DNA of 64,000 bases from Bacteroidales bacterium (GTDB lineage: Bacteria; Bacteroidota; Bacteroidia; Bacteroidales; Bacteroidaceae): the NCBI GenBank assembly GCA_030528715.1, contig JAUMYJ010000004.1, forward strand, positions 3,095-67,094, given 5' to 3'. Of this stretch, positions 1 through 10,237 are shown one piece after another. Position numbers and translations under genes: made by a program. The stretch's first letter is position 1. Each line of letters begins with the position of its first letter. The notes beneath the pieces were generated by a model. That model was not told where the DNA came from. It did not search any database and saw only the letters and a program-made list of their open reading frames with translations.

Positions 1-154
1 TCTCACTGGAACGGGTAAAATCAAGAGAAAGCATGCTTTCCACAGCCACATCTTGACGAAGAAGACCAAGAAGCAAAAGCGCAACTTGACTAAGACAGGC
101 TTGGTACATGCCTCGGACGTGAAGCAAGTACGTGAGTTGCTTACGCTGCGTTAA
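1..154 (+). CDS. rpmI: 50S ribosomal protein L35 (5' end outside window)
   Basis: Frame from nt 2 reads [29 protein letters not shown]...LLTLR*, TAA at 152-154; directly upstream of rplT. Confidence 0.95.
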   Translation, partial: LTGTGKIKRKHAFHSHILTKKTKKQKRNLTKTGLVHASDVKQVRELLTLR

Positions 155-309
155 TTTGCTGCGTGTATAACACACTACTTACTAAGCAACGCTATCGACA
201 AGATAGTTCCCAAGAAGTTATTCATTCATTGTTCAACAGATGTTCAGCCCACAAGACTGCTCACCAATAAATGATAAGAAGCAGCGCTGACCTCTAAAAT
301 TTTATAACT

Positions 310-654
310 ATGCCAAGATCGGTAAATCATGTAGCCTCTCGTGCTAAACGTAAGAAAATCCTAAAACTCACCCGTGGTTACTACGGTGCACGCAAGAATG
401 TGTGGACAGTAGCTAAGAATACTTGGGAAAAGGGTTTGACCTACGCCTTCCGTGACCGTCGTAATAAAAAGCGTAATTTCCGTGCGCTGTGGATACAGCG
501 TATTAACGCTGCTGCACGCCTTGAAGGCATGTCTTACTCACAGCTGATGGGTGCTTTGCACAAGGCAGGTATCGAAATCAATCGTAAGGTGTTGGCCGAC
601 CTCGCTGTAAACAATCCACAAGCTTTCCAAGCTATTGTAGCTAAGGTAAAGTAA
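310..654 (+). CDS. rplT: 50S ribosomal protein L20
   Basis: [16 protein letters not shown]...[23 protein letters not shown], typical L20. Confidence 0.98.
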   Translation: MPRSVNHVASRAKRKKILKLTRGYYGARKNVWTVAKNTWEKGLTYAFRDRRNKKRNFRALWIQRINAAARLEGMSYSQLMGALHKAGIEINRKVLADLAVNNPQAFQAIVAKVK

Positions 655-708
655 TGGATCAGCGTGGTTTTGTGAAGGCTTTCGGTAGTCAGCATCACAA
701 ATCACACG

Positions 709-767
709 CCTAAATTGTACAATGGCTTGACATCTCTAAAAGATGTCAAGCCATTGTACAATTTAGG
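709..767. repeat. Perfect 27-bp inverted repeat with 5-nt loop downstream of rplT
   Basis: cctaaattgtacaatggcttgacatct (709-735), ctaaa, agatgtcaagccattgtacaatttagg (741-767). Confidence 0.9.
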
Positions 768-956
768 TGGGATATGCTGGCGCGATATCGCTGTGCCGTT
801 ATCTAGGGGGGGCTGTGGTCGTGGTATTAAGCCATGTGGCACAACGTCTTTCCTACGTACTATGTTAGAGAGCTTATGTGATGTCTTAATTGATATTGAG
901 TAGATTGTATCAACCGATTTGAGCGATAAGTTTATGAGTCTTACGCTCAAAGTTTT

Positions 957-1036
957 GTGCCATGCCTAGATACAGCTGTATCGTGACTTGTTACAAGTGT
1001 ACCTAGACGCGGCACACATGTGCCACGACTCATTAC
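957..1036. repeat. Cassette of four 17-bp degenerate palindromes, 21-bp period (copy 1)
   Basis: gtgccatgcctagatac-agct-gtatcgtgacttgttac-aagt-gtacctagacgcggcac-acat-gtgccacgactcattac. Confidence 0.85.
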
Positions 1037-1113
1037 AATACTTAGTGTGCTTACTGGGCTACATGTTTTGTAGATATAGATAGGCTTGGATTAGATTAGT
1101 GTCTAAATAGAAA

Positions 1114-2115
1114 ATGAACATAACAGAAGCGTTAGAAGAATTTTTGTGTCGCTGGCATCAGGCCGATGTAGATACAATGTTGGTACAAACCTCGGGGAGT
1201 ACGGGTGTGCCGAAGGCAATGTTTGTGCCAAAGGTGCGGATGCGTGCAAGTGCTGAGGCTACACTACGCTTTTTAGGGTTGAAGGAAGGCGATACAGCTT
1301 TGCTCTGTTTGCCTTTGAAATATATTGCTGGTCAAATGATGGTGGTGCGTGCCGAAATAGGACGGCTGCATCTGCTTGTGGTGGAGCCATCAAGTAGACC
1401 ACTAGCCACACTGGCAGATGCACCACACTTCGCGGCTATGACTCCGATGCAAGTCTATGAAAGCTTACAGCATGTGCATGATGCTGCTTTGCTGCGTGAG
1501 ATACGCCATCTACTCATAGGTGGTGGAGCTACCTCAGCAGCTTTAGAAAAGCAGCTTATAGACTTTCCTTATGCAGTGTGGAGTACTTATGGCATGACTG
1601 AGACACTCTCGCACATAGCTTTGCGCAGGCTTAATGGGGTAGGGCGCAGCTCTTATTATAGACCACTAGCTGGCGTTAATGTAAGTCTTAATGCGGAACG
1701 CCAGACGCTTGATATCTTTGCCCCTCATGTTTGCTCCGAAGTGTTGCATACTCATGATGTGGGTGAAATTAGAGCAGATGGTAGTTTTGTGATTTTGGGG
1801 CGTGTAGACAATGTGGTGTGTAGTGGAGGGATAAAGTTACAGATAGAGCAACTCGAAACACGTTTGGTAGGAGTATTTACTATGCCTTATGCTTTGACTT
1901 ATGTGGTTGATGCGCGCTTGGGGCAGGCTCTAAGTTTGATTTATACTGACCCGATATCTTCGAAAGAGGCTTTGGCACGCTGTGCTACACAATTAGCTCG
2001 ATTAGAATGCCCACGATATGCTTTTCAAGTAGAAAGCCTGCCTTTAACAGCTACCCACAAGCCTGCTCGTGTAGCCTTGCATAGCTTGGCGGAGCAACTT
2101 GTGGCACGTAACTGA
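1114..2115 (+). CDS. menE: O-succinylbenzoate-CoA ligase-like AMP-binding enzyme
   Basis: QTSGSTGVPK P-loop, STYGMTETLSHIALR, GRVDNVVCSGGIK; short Bacteroidota MenE-type length. Confidence 0.8.
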   Translation: MNITEALEEFLCRWHQADVDTMLVQTSGSTGVPKAMFVPKVRMRASAEATLRFLGLKEGDTALLCLPLKYIAGQMMVVRAEIGRLHLLVVEPSSRPLATLADAPHFAAMTPMQVYESLQHVHDAALLREIRHLLIGGGATSAALEKQLIDFPYAVWSTYGMTETLSHIALRRLNGVGRSSYYRPLAGVNVSLNAERQTLDIFAPHVCSEVLHTHDVGEIRADGSFVILGRVDNVVCSGGIKLQIEQLETRLVGVFTMPYALTYVVDARLGQALSLIYTDPISSKEALARCATQLARLECPRYAFQVESLPLTATHKPARVALHSLAEQLVARN

Positions 2116-2268
2116 CAACTTGACCGAAATAATGCGACAAAGTGTCAGAGTGAAGCCAAAGTGTATATATAGGGTGGTGTTTGGTATGTTTTTTCGTAAT
2201 GTAAAGTGTAAGGCCATTTGTGCCTCATTATAATGCTAATATTAGATAAATAATAAAACGTAGGAATT

Positions 2269-2541
2269 ATGGCAATTCAACCATTGGCAGATCGTGTGCT
2301 GATTGAAGCAGCTCCAGCCGAAGAAAAAACAATCGGTGGTATTATTATCCCCGACACAGCCAAAGAAAAACCGCTGCAAGGCATTGTGCTGGCCGTAGGT
2401 GGTGGCACCAAAGATGAAGCGATGGTGCTCAAAGCTGGCGACCAAGTGCTTTATGGCAAATATGCTGGTACAGAGATAGAGTACGAAGGACGCAAGTACC
2501 TTATTATGCGTCAGAGCGATGTGCTAGCTGTCATCGCTTAA
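2269..2541 (+). CDS. groES: Co-chaperonin GroES
   Basis: [10 protein letters not shown]...[18 protein letters not shown]...YGKYAGTEI. Confidence 0.98.
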   Translation: MAIQPLADRVLIEAAPAEEKTIGGIIIPDTAKEKPLQGIVLAVGGGTKDEAMVLKAGDQVLYGKYAGTEIEYEGRKYLIMRQSDVLAVIA

Positions 2542-2555
2542 ACGTGTTTCAGAAA

Positions 2556-2648
2556 ATGGGACGCGGACAAGGTAATGGTGGTGGCTGGCCATCAACAACT
2601 GGCAACCCTAGTGGCGGAGGACGAAGCAATAATCCTCCAAGAAAGTAA
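2556..2648 (+). CDS. Putative 30-aa Gly/Pro/Asn-rich micro-protein MGRGQGNGGGWPSTTGNPSGGGRSNNPPRK
   Basis: ATG 2556 to TAA 2648, A-rich context (agaaaATG), fills most of the groES-groEL spacer, co-oriented; below the ORF-track size cutoff. Confidence 0.6.
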   Translation: MGRGQGNGGGWPSTTGNPSGGGRSNNPPRK

Positions 2649-2666
2649 TTTGTAGTGTTTTAATAA

Positions 2667-4325
<1,659 letters not shown>

Positions 4326-4362
4326 CCAAATTACAAAAGGCTAGCTAATACACTTAGCTCTA

Positions 4363-4408
4363 AGTCGCGTTTGAGTACGAGTAAGTATTCCAAACGCGAC
4401 TCTTTTTG
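4363..4408 (+). terminator. Intrinsic terminator of groESL
   Basis: agtcgcgtttg...caaacgcgact followed by ctttttg. Confidence 0.8.
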
Positions 4409-4578
4409 TATTTAGACAATAATACAAGAGGCTGTATAGCTTAAAAGACAATATTGTTGTGCATTGTTCAAATAGAGGTGTAGCTATTTTATTGGAGATG
4501 GAGGGTGTTTACTAATTTCGCATTTGTTGCTTGACTCTACGGACTGAAAATGATAATAGATTTTTTGGGTGCGAAATG

Positions 4579-4610
4579 TTTGGCTAATTCTTGAAAAATA
4601 TGTATTTTTG
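4579..4610 (+). promoter_or_regulatory. Bacteroidota sigma-A promoter for the GH20 gene
   Basis: TTTG (4579-82), N20, TATTTTTG (4603-10) fits TTTG-N19-21-TAnnTTTG. Confidence 0.65.
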
Positions 4611-4671
4611 CTGTTGTAGTGCTTAATTTCAGTGCTCTTGTAAAGTTTACACTGCTAAAATATACTATAAT

Positions 4672-7566
4672 ATGACATATGTTAAGACAATACTAGTAGT
4701 TGCTATTCTTATGATAGCTAGTGTGGTGCAGCCAGTCGCTGCACGTTTGATACATCTTTTGCCTATACCTCATAGGATAGAGGCAAAGGAGGGTATATTG
4801 CTATTACCGAAGGAGGTGCGTATTAGTGATGTGCATCAAACACGTGCTTTGTCACGTTTTGTGAGCGAGTTTGGTAGTACCTCTACTTTTGAGGATGTAG
4901 CAGATGCGCACATCCAGGTGCGTTATGTCGCATCAATATCTGATGCGGAAGATCATATATTGGAGGGCTATGAAAGTGAGGCTTACCGTTTAGAAGTAAG
5001 CCATACTGGCGTGATAATAGAAGCTGTGAGTCAGTTGGGGGTTATTCGGGCGGCTCAAACATTAACACAGATGGCCGAAGGCTGGGAAATCTCTAATAAA
5101 ATTCAATTAGAGCATGCTAAAATAACGGATTGGGCAGCTTTTAAGGTGCGTGGGTATATGCATGATGTCGGCCGCTCATACATCAGTGTGGAAACACTCA
5201 AAAAGCATATTCGTTTGCTTTCGCGCTTCAAAATAAATACCTTTCATTGGCATCTGACAGAAAATCAAGCTTGGCGTTTTGAGGTAAAACATCCAGCTTA
5301 CGCTAAGTTGACTAATGCTGAGTATATGGCTGCCTCGCGTTTTCCTGGGAGCTACTACACACAAGTGCAGTGTCGTGAAATAGAGGCTTATGCACGCGAA
5401 TATGGTGTGACGATAATCCCTGAAATAGATATGCCTGGCCATTCGGAGGCTTTTGAGCGTGCATTGGGCTATACGATGCAGAGCGTATCTGGTACGATGG
5501 CACTCAAAGTCATATTGCGTGAAGTGGCTGGAGCTTTTCCACACGCTCCTTACATTCATATTGGTGCCGATGAGAAAGTGATTGAGCGTTTAGATTGGCT
5601 CAATGGTATGGTACGTTTCGTCAAAGATACTTTGGAGCGTAGGTGTGTGCTATGGAACCCTATCCATAACATTGCAGTGAGCAGTACTATGGCAGATATG
5701 ACCCATATGTGGGGCACACGTGGTAGAGCTGTTGGTGGTAAAGCTAATATTGATAGTCGTTATAATTATACGAATCATTTTGATGTCTATGCTGACCTTG
5801 TAGGTATTTATAAAAGTAATATTTACTACGAGGCTAAGGGGAACAATGTTGTTGCGGGGACTATTTCTGCTGCTTGGAACGACCGTCTAACGCTGACCGA
5901 AGATGACATTGTGCGTCAAAATAATTTTTATGCTAATGTGATAGCCTCAAGTGTGCGTGCTTGGATAGGTGGAGGAAGTCGCTACATCGACAATAACAAT
6001 AATGGGGGTACCAATGGTGGAGGAGGTACTATGCTACCCAATGTAGGGGCAGAGTATGAAGATTTTAGGGCCTTTGAAACACGTTTCTTATTTCATAAAG
6101 CACATAGTTTGTCGGAAGAAGCGAAACTTATTCCTTATGTGAAGCAGAGTAATGTACGTTGGCTGATAACAGATGCTTTCCCTAATAATGGTAACACCGC
6201 AGCAGTATTTCCTCCAGAAGAGCTGCGCATGAGTGATCGGCTTCCCACGACGTTTGAGTATGGTGGTAGGCGTTATGGCACACGTTTGGCGACAGGTGCA
6301 GGTATCTATTTACGTCATACTTGGGGGCATAATACCATCAATGGCTTTTTTGATGCACCTACTTATAACCAAACGGCATATGCTTGGACCTATGTATATT
6401 CGCCTGAGGCAAAGTTTGTTGGTACACAAATTGAATTTTATAATTATAGTCGTTCAGAGAAAGATGCTGTGCCTACAACAGGCTGGGACCTCTATGGATC
6501 GCGTATATGGATAAATGATCATGAGGTGGTGGCTCCACAATATGTTAACGCTGGTCGTAGCATTACTAATGAGGTACCACTGACCAATGAGAATTTTACA
6601 GGCCGCCCCTTAATAAAAACCTATTTGCGTAAGGGATGGAATAAGGTTTTTATAAAATTGCCTTATAAAGATGCAGCCTATCGTTTGGATAAGTGGCAAT
6701 TTACCTGTGTATTTACTGAACTTGATGGTTTGAAAGAAGTAGACGATTTGGTGTATTCTCCTTATCAAGAACTAGATGAGGTAGTAACTTTACTACGTGC
6801 AGCCGTTAACGAAGCCAAGGATACACGTAAGTATTATATAGGCGATCACGTAGGTTATTACTCGGCAGTAGCTGCAATAGAACTTGATGCAGCTCTTGAT
6901 GCAGCCCAAGCTGCCTTGGACCAGCCCGAATATTCGCCTGAGCTATTCACAAAAAAATACAACCAACTTAATGCAGCCTTAGCAGCATTTTTAGCTAATC
7001 TGCGTACTCTAAGTGTGATACAGCCTGAGGAGAATTTATGGTATGACCTTTATACACCAGCACGTGGCAACCGCTATCTTACCTTACAAGGAGAAGTGCT
7101 CTTTGGAGCAGCATCGCCTTCGGAGCGTTCGGCATGGCGTTTTGTAAAGCGTGCCGATGATACTTGGGATATTATTAGTAGCGATGGAAGGTATCTTGCG
7201 CCTACGGCAGCATATAATACAGCCCTAACAATCTCATCAATGCGCCCGTTACGCGGATGGACTATTAAACCTTCAAGTATGCTAGCGCATGTTATCATTA
7301 CGAGTGGTAATGTGCAGATCAACCAAACCAATGCGGGCCTCGGATGGCGTGTATATAATTGGGGCAATGGGAGCAATACAACAGATGGTGGCTGTCAATA
7401 CCTTGTGCGGCGTAGTACCTATCAAGGAGAGATTACTAGTATTGCTGCATCAGACTCGGGTGTTGCTACTAGAATAGGTGTATACTTTGACCTATTGGGA
7501 CGGCCTGTTTCTACTCCCTTAGCTGATCATATTTACATTATCAATGGTCGTATTATGAAATATTGA
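4672..7566 (+). CDS. Secreted GH20 beta-N-acetylhexosaminidase with accessory domains and T9SS C-terminal domain
   Basis: Signal peptide; RGYMHDVGR, FHWHLTENQAWR, PEIDMPGH, HIGADE catalytic motif; C-terminal YFDLLGR...IYIINGR. Confidence 0.88.
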   Translation: MTYVKTILVVAILMIASVVQPVAARLIHLLPIPHRIEAKEGILLLPKEVRISDVHQTRALSRFVSEFGSTSTFEDVADAHIQVRYVASISDAEDHILEGYESEAYRLEVSHTGVIIEAVSQLGVIRAAQTLTQMAEGWEISNKIQLEHAKITDWAAFKVRGYMHDVGRSYISVETLKKHIRLLSRFKINTFHWHLTENQAWRFEVKHPAYAKLTNAEYMAASRFPGSYYTQVQCREIEAYAREYGVTIIPEIDMPGHSEAFERALGYTMQSVSGTMALKVILREVAGAFPHAPYIHIGADEKVIERLDWLNGMVRFVKDTLERRCVLWNPIHNIAVSSTMADMTHMWGTRGRAVGGKANIDSRYNYTNHFDVYADLVGIYKSNIYYEAKGNNVVAGTISAAWNDRLTLTEDDIVRQNNFYANVIASSVRAWIGGGSRYIDNNNNGGTNGGGGTMLPNVGAEYEDFRAFETRFLFHKAHSLSEEAKLIPYVKQSNVRWLITDAFPNNGNTAAVFPPEELRMSDRLPTTFEYGGRRYGTRLATGAGIYLRHTWGHNTINGFFDAPTYNQTAYAWTYVYSPEAKFVGTQIEFYNYSRSEKDAVPTTGWDLYGSRIWINDHEVVAPQYVNAGRSITNEVPLTNENFTGRPLIKTYLRKGWNKVFIKLPYKDAAYRLDKWQFTCVFTELDGLKEVDDLVYSPYQELDEVVTLLRAAVNEAKDTRKYYIGDHVGYYSAVAAIELDAALDAAQAALDQPEYSPELFTKKYNQLNAALAAFLANLRTLSVIQPEENLWYDLYTPARGNRYLTLQGEVLFGAASPSERSAWRFVKRADDTWDIISSDGRYLAPTAAYNTALTISSMRPLRGWTIKPSSMLAHVIITSGNVQINQTNAGLGWRVYNWGNGSNTTDGGCQYLVRRSTYQGEITSIAASDSGVATRIGVYFDLLGRPVSTPLADHIYIINGRIMKY

Positions 7567-7702
7567 GCTGTAATCGTTCTATATTGAGAATTGTATTTAG
7601 AAATGTATTATAGCTTGTGAGATTGATATAAGTGTACTATAACAGGTATGGAACAAACCTAAGTATAAAGTTAATCGCTCGTGTCCACAATGTGGTGCAA
7701 CA

Positions 7703-8698
7703 TTGTCTGATAATCACACCGATTGTCCTCATTGTGACTATGCGTATCATATTGAAGTAGAAGCGTCTGTGGGTAAAGGGAAGCGTATCTTAGTGCTTAT
7801 AGCTGTTGCTGTTGGGTGTGTGCTACTTGGGCTTTTAGCTACTGGAGCTTACTTGTGGAAGCAACGTGGTGAGCGTATGGCTAATAAAACTGTTTTTATA
7901 GATAGTATAGAAGCTCCAATTGATCCTTCGTTGCTCTATGAAGATAAGTTTCAGTCTTTTGAGCGTAAAGAGTCGTATGAGATAGATCTTTCTTCGTGGC
8001 GTGATGAAACCATCGTTACAGAAACTGGTGAGCAAGAAGATTGGTTTCCACGTAGTTGTACGTACACTAAGGAGTTGAGCTTAGAGTGGCCACTTTCGCT
8101 CAAAGGGGTACAACACGTTGATGAACTGCAAGCACGCTTACTCTCGCTACTCTTTGGGCAGGCATACCCCACTATTGAGGCTGCTGTTGAGGCTTTTTGG
8201 AAGGCTGTGCCTACTGCTGATAATATAGGCGGTTTTTACGACCCTAGTGAAGCCGTAGAGCTAGAACGCACTGAGACCGCTGCGCAGTGTGTGCAATTTA
8301 AAGTGACACTAAGTGGTAGTTTTGGAGGCGCTACGGGGTCTAGCTTTTATGAAAACTTGTTTTTTTTGACCTACGACAAGACACGTCAAAAGATATTGAC
8401 CTTAGCAGACGTATTTGAGGCTGGAACTGCCTCTGCTATTGTGTCTTTAATAAACCGCGAGATAGTAGAAACGAACCGTAAAGAGGCTGCTGATTATGCT
8501 AATGTGTCCGCTATTCCCGAGCAGTTTTCTGTGGGGCGTGAGGGTATTACGTTTATCTCTACTGAGTCCATATCTTATTCAGCACAAGGGCGTTACCTTG
8601 AAGTAATGGTACCTTATACATTGCTTATGCCTTATTTGACGGCAGATTTTGCCACGATGCTCAAAACACCTGATGAAAACTTGTCTATCCATGAATAA
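7703..8698 (+). CDS. Zinc-ribbon / single-TM / RsiV(DUF3298)-like extracytoplasmic protein; true start probably 7648 with a frameshift
   Basis: CPHC, plus in-frame CPQC upstream of the TTG; TM helix ILVLIAVAVGCVLLGLLATGAYLW; TYDKTRQKILTLADVF...GITF...EVMVPY C-terminal pattern. Confidence 0.6.
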   Translation: MSDNHTDCPHCDYAYHIEVEASVGKGKRILVLIAVAVGCVLLGLLATGAYLWKQRGERMANKTVFIDSIEAPIDPSLLYEDKFQSFERKESYEIDLSSWRDETIVTETGEQEDWFPRSCTYTKELSLEWPLSLKGVQHVDELQARLLSLLFGQAYPTIEAAVEAFWKAVPTADNIGGFYDPSEAVELERTETAAQCVQFKVTLSGSFGGATGSSFYENLFFLTYDKTRQKILTLADVFEAGTASAIVSLINREIVETNRKEAADYANVSAIPEQFSVGREGITFISTESISYSAQGRYLEVMVPYTLLMPYLTADFATMLKTPDENLSIHE

Positions 8699-10202
8699 TT
8701 TTTTTGCTCTTCTTGGTACGGCTCTTGTACCTGCAAGCTTGTTAGCACAGACTGCTAATAAACCCAATTTCATCTATATTATGTGTGATGATTTGGGCTA
8801 TGCAGATCTTGGTTGCTATGGTCAGCAATACATCAAAACACCTCATTTAGATAGTATGGCAGCCAAAGGCATGCGCTTTACGCAGGCCTATGCTGGTAGT
8901 CCAGTGAGTGCCCCCTCTCGTGCTAGCCTTATGACAGGGCAACATACGGGTCACACCCATGTGCGTGGAAATAAGGAGTATCGCTTCGGTAGCACTTATT
9001 TTGGAAAGACAGAAGAACCATTGCAAACAGGGCAAGAACCCTATGATACAGCCCACATTATCCTGCCCGAAATACTCAAAGACAATGGCTATACTACGGC
9101 TATCTTTGGGAAATGGGCGGGCGGTTACGAGGGCTCTATTTCTACTCCCAAAACACGTGGTATTGATGAGTTCTATGGTTTTATTTGTCAGTTTCAAGCT
9201 CATGCTTACTACCCTAATTTTCTGAATGCTTATAGTCGAGGTAAAGATGCTGATGTTTATCGTGATACATTGCATAATAATATTCACCTTAGTTTATACG
9301 AGCCTTCTGAGTACAAGCAACGTAAAGATTATTCGGCCGATATTATTCACCAAAAAGCCTTGGCTTGGCTAGATCGTCAGACGACCGACCAGCCATTTGT
9401 GGGCTTCCTTACATACACACTGCCTCATGCCGAGTTACATCAGCCACAAGATAGTATTGTTGCTTTTTACCGCTCTCGTTTCCTTAATGATAAGTCTTGG
9501 GGGGGAGATAAGCCTAGTCGCTATGTAGCTGCTGACCATGTGCATGCACAGTTTGCAGCACAGGTTACACGTTTAGATACCTATGTGGGCGAGGTCTTGG
9601 CTAAACTTAAAGAAAAGGGACTAGATGAGAATACTATTGTGATCTTTACGAGTGACAATGGCCCCCATAAGGAAGGTGGTGCCGACCCCGAATTCTTTAA
9701 CCATCTAGGCTTGCTGCGTGGCACGAAGCGCAGCACGCATGAGGGTGGTATTCGTGTGCCTTTTATAGCTTACTGCCCTGGCACAGTGCCTGCTGGAGTG
9801 GTTAGCGATGTGCCTGTTGCTTTTTACGATGTGATGCCAACCTTCTGTGAGCTAGCTGGCATTGACAACTATGTGTCTCGCTATCGTAATCCACGCCTTG
9901 GTGTGAAGGACTATTTTGATGGCATTTCGTTTGCACCAACACTACTTGGTAAGAAGCAGAAACAGAAGCATAAGTTTCTATATTTTGAGTTTGCTGAAAC
10001 AGACCAAATCGCAGTGCGTCAAGGCGACTGGAAACTTGTAGTGAAGCGTGGTGTGCCATCACTTTATAATTTGGCTACCGACCTACACGAAGACAACGAC
10101 GTAGCGACACAATACCCCGCTATCGTGAAGCGACTTACAGCGATTATAGCGCGTGAACATACCGACAACCCACTTTTTAGGGTGACACTCCCCTTTAAGT
10201 AG
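8673..10202 (+). CDS. Ser-type arylsulfatase (S1 family); start 8673 or 8691
   Basis: KPNFIYIMCDDLGY, SAPSRASLMTG (SxPxR), FTSDNG, EGGIRVP; signal peptide. Confidence 0.92.
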   Translation: MKTCLSMNNFFALLGTALVPASLLAQTANKPNFIYIMCDDLGYADLGCYGQQYIKTPHLDSMAAKGMRFTQAYAGSPVSAPSRASLMTGQHTGHTHVRGNKEYRFGSTYFGKTEEPLQTGQEPYDTAHIILPEILKDNGYTTAIFGKWAGGYEGSISTPKTRGIDEFYGFICQFQAHAYYPNFLNAYSRGKDADVYRDTLHNNIHLSLYEPSEYKQRKDYSADIIHQKALAWLDRQTTDQPFVGFLTYTLPHAELHQPQDSIVAFYRSRFLNDKSWGGDKPSRYVAADHVHAQFAAQVTRLDTYVGEVLAKLKEKGLDENTIVIFTSDNGPHKEGGADPEFFNHLGLLRGTKRSTHEGGIRVPFIAYCPGTVPAGVVSDVPVAFYDVMPTFCELAGIDNYVSRYRNPRLGVKDYFDGISFAPTLLGKKQKQKHKFLYFEFAETDQIAVRQGDWKLVVKRGVPSLYNLATDLHEDNDVATQYPAIVKRLTAIIAREHTDNPLFRVTLPFK

Positions 10203-10237
10203 ATATATCTATATAATATAACTAAACACAAATCTTA

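Noticed and set aside
702-950. ORFs 702-950 (-) and 715-903 (+) sharing YNGLTS...DVKPLYNLG
   Set aside because: The shared peptide is a by-product of the 27-bp inverted repeat; weak starts and no protein features
957-1036. 21/22-bp cassettes as CRISPR arrays
   Set aside because: Spacers are 4 nt, units are degenerate 17-18-mers, and no cas genes are present
2200-2268. CIRCE/HrcA operator before groES
   Set aside because: No TTAGCACTC-N9-GAGTGCTAA match found
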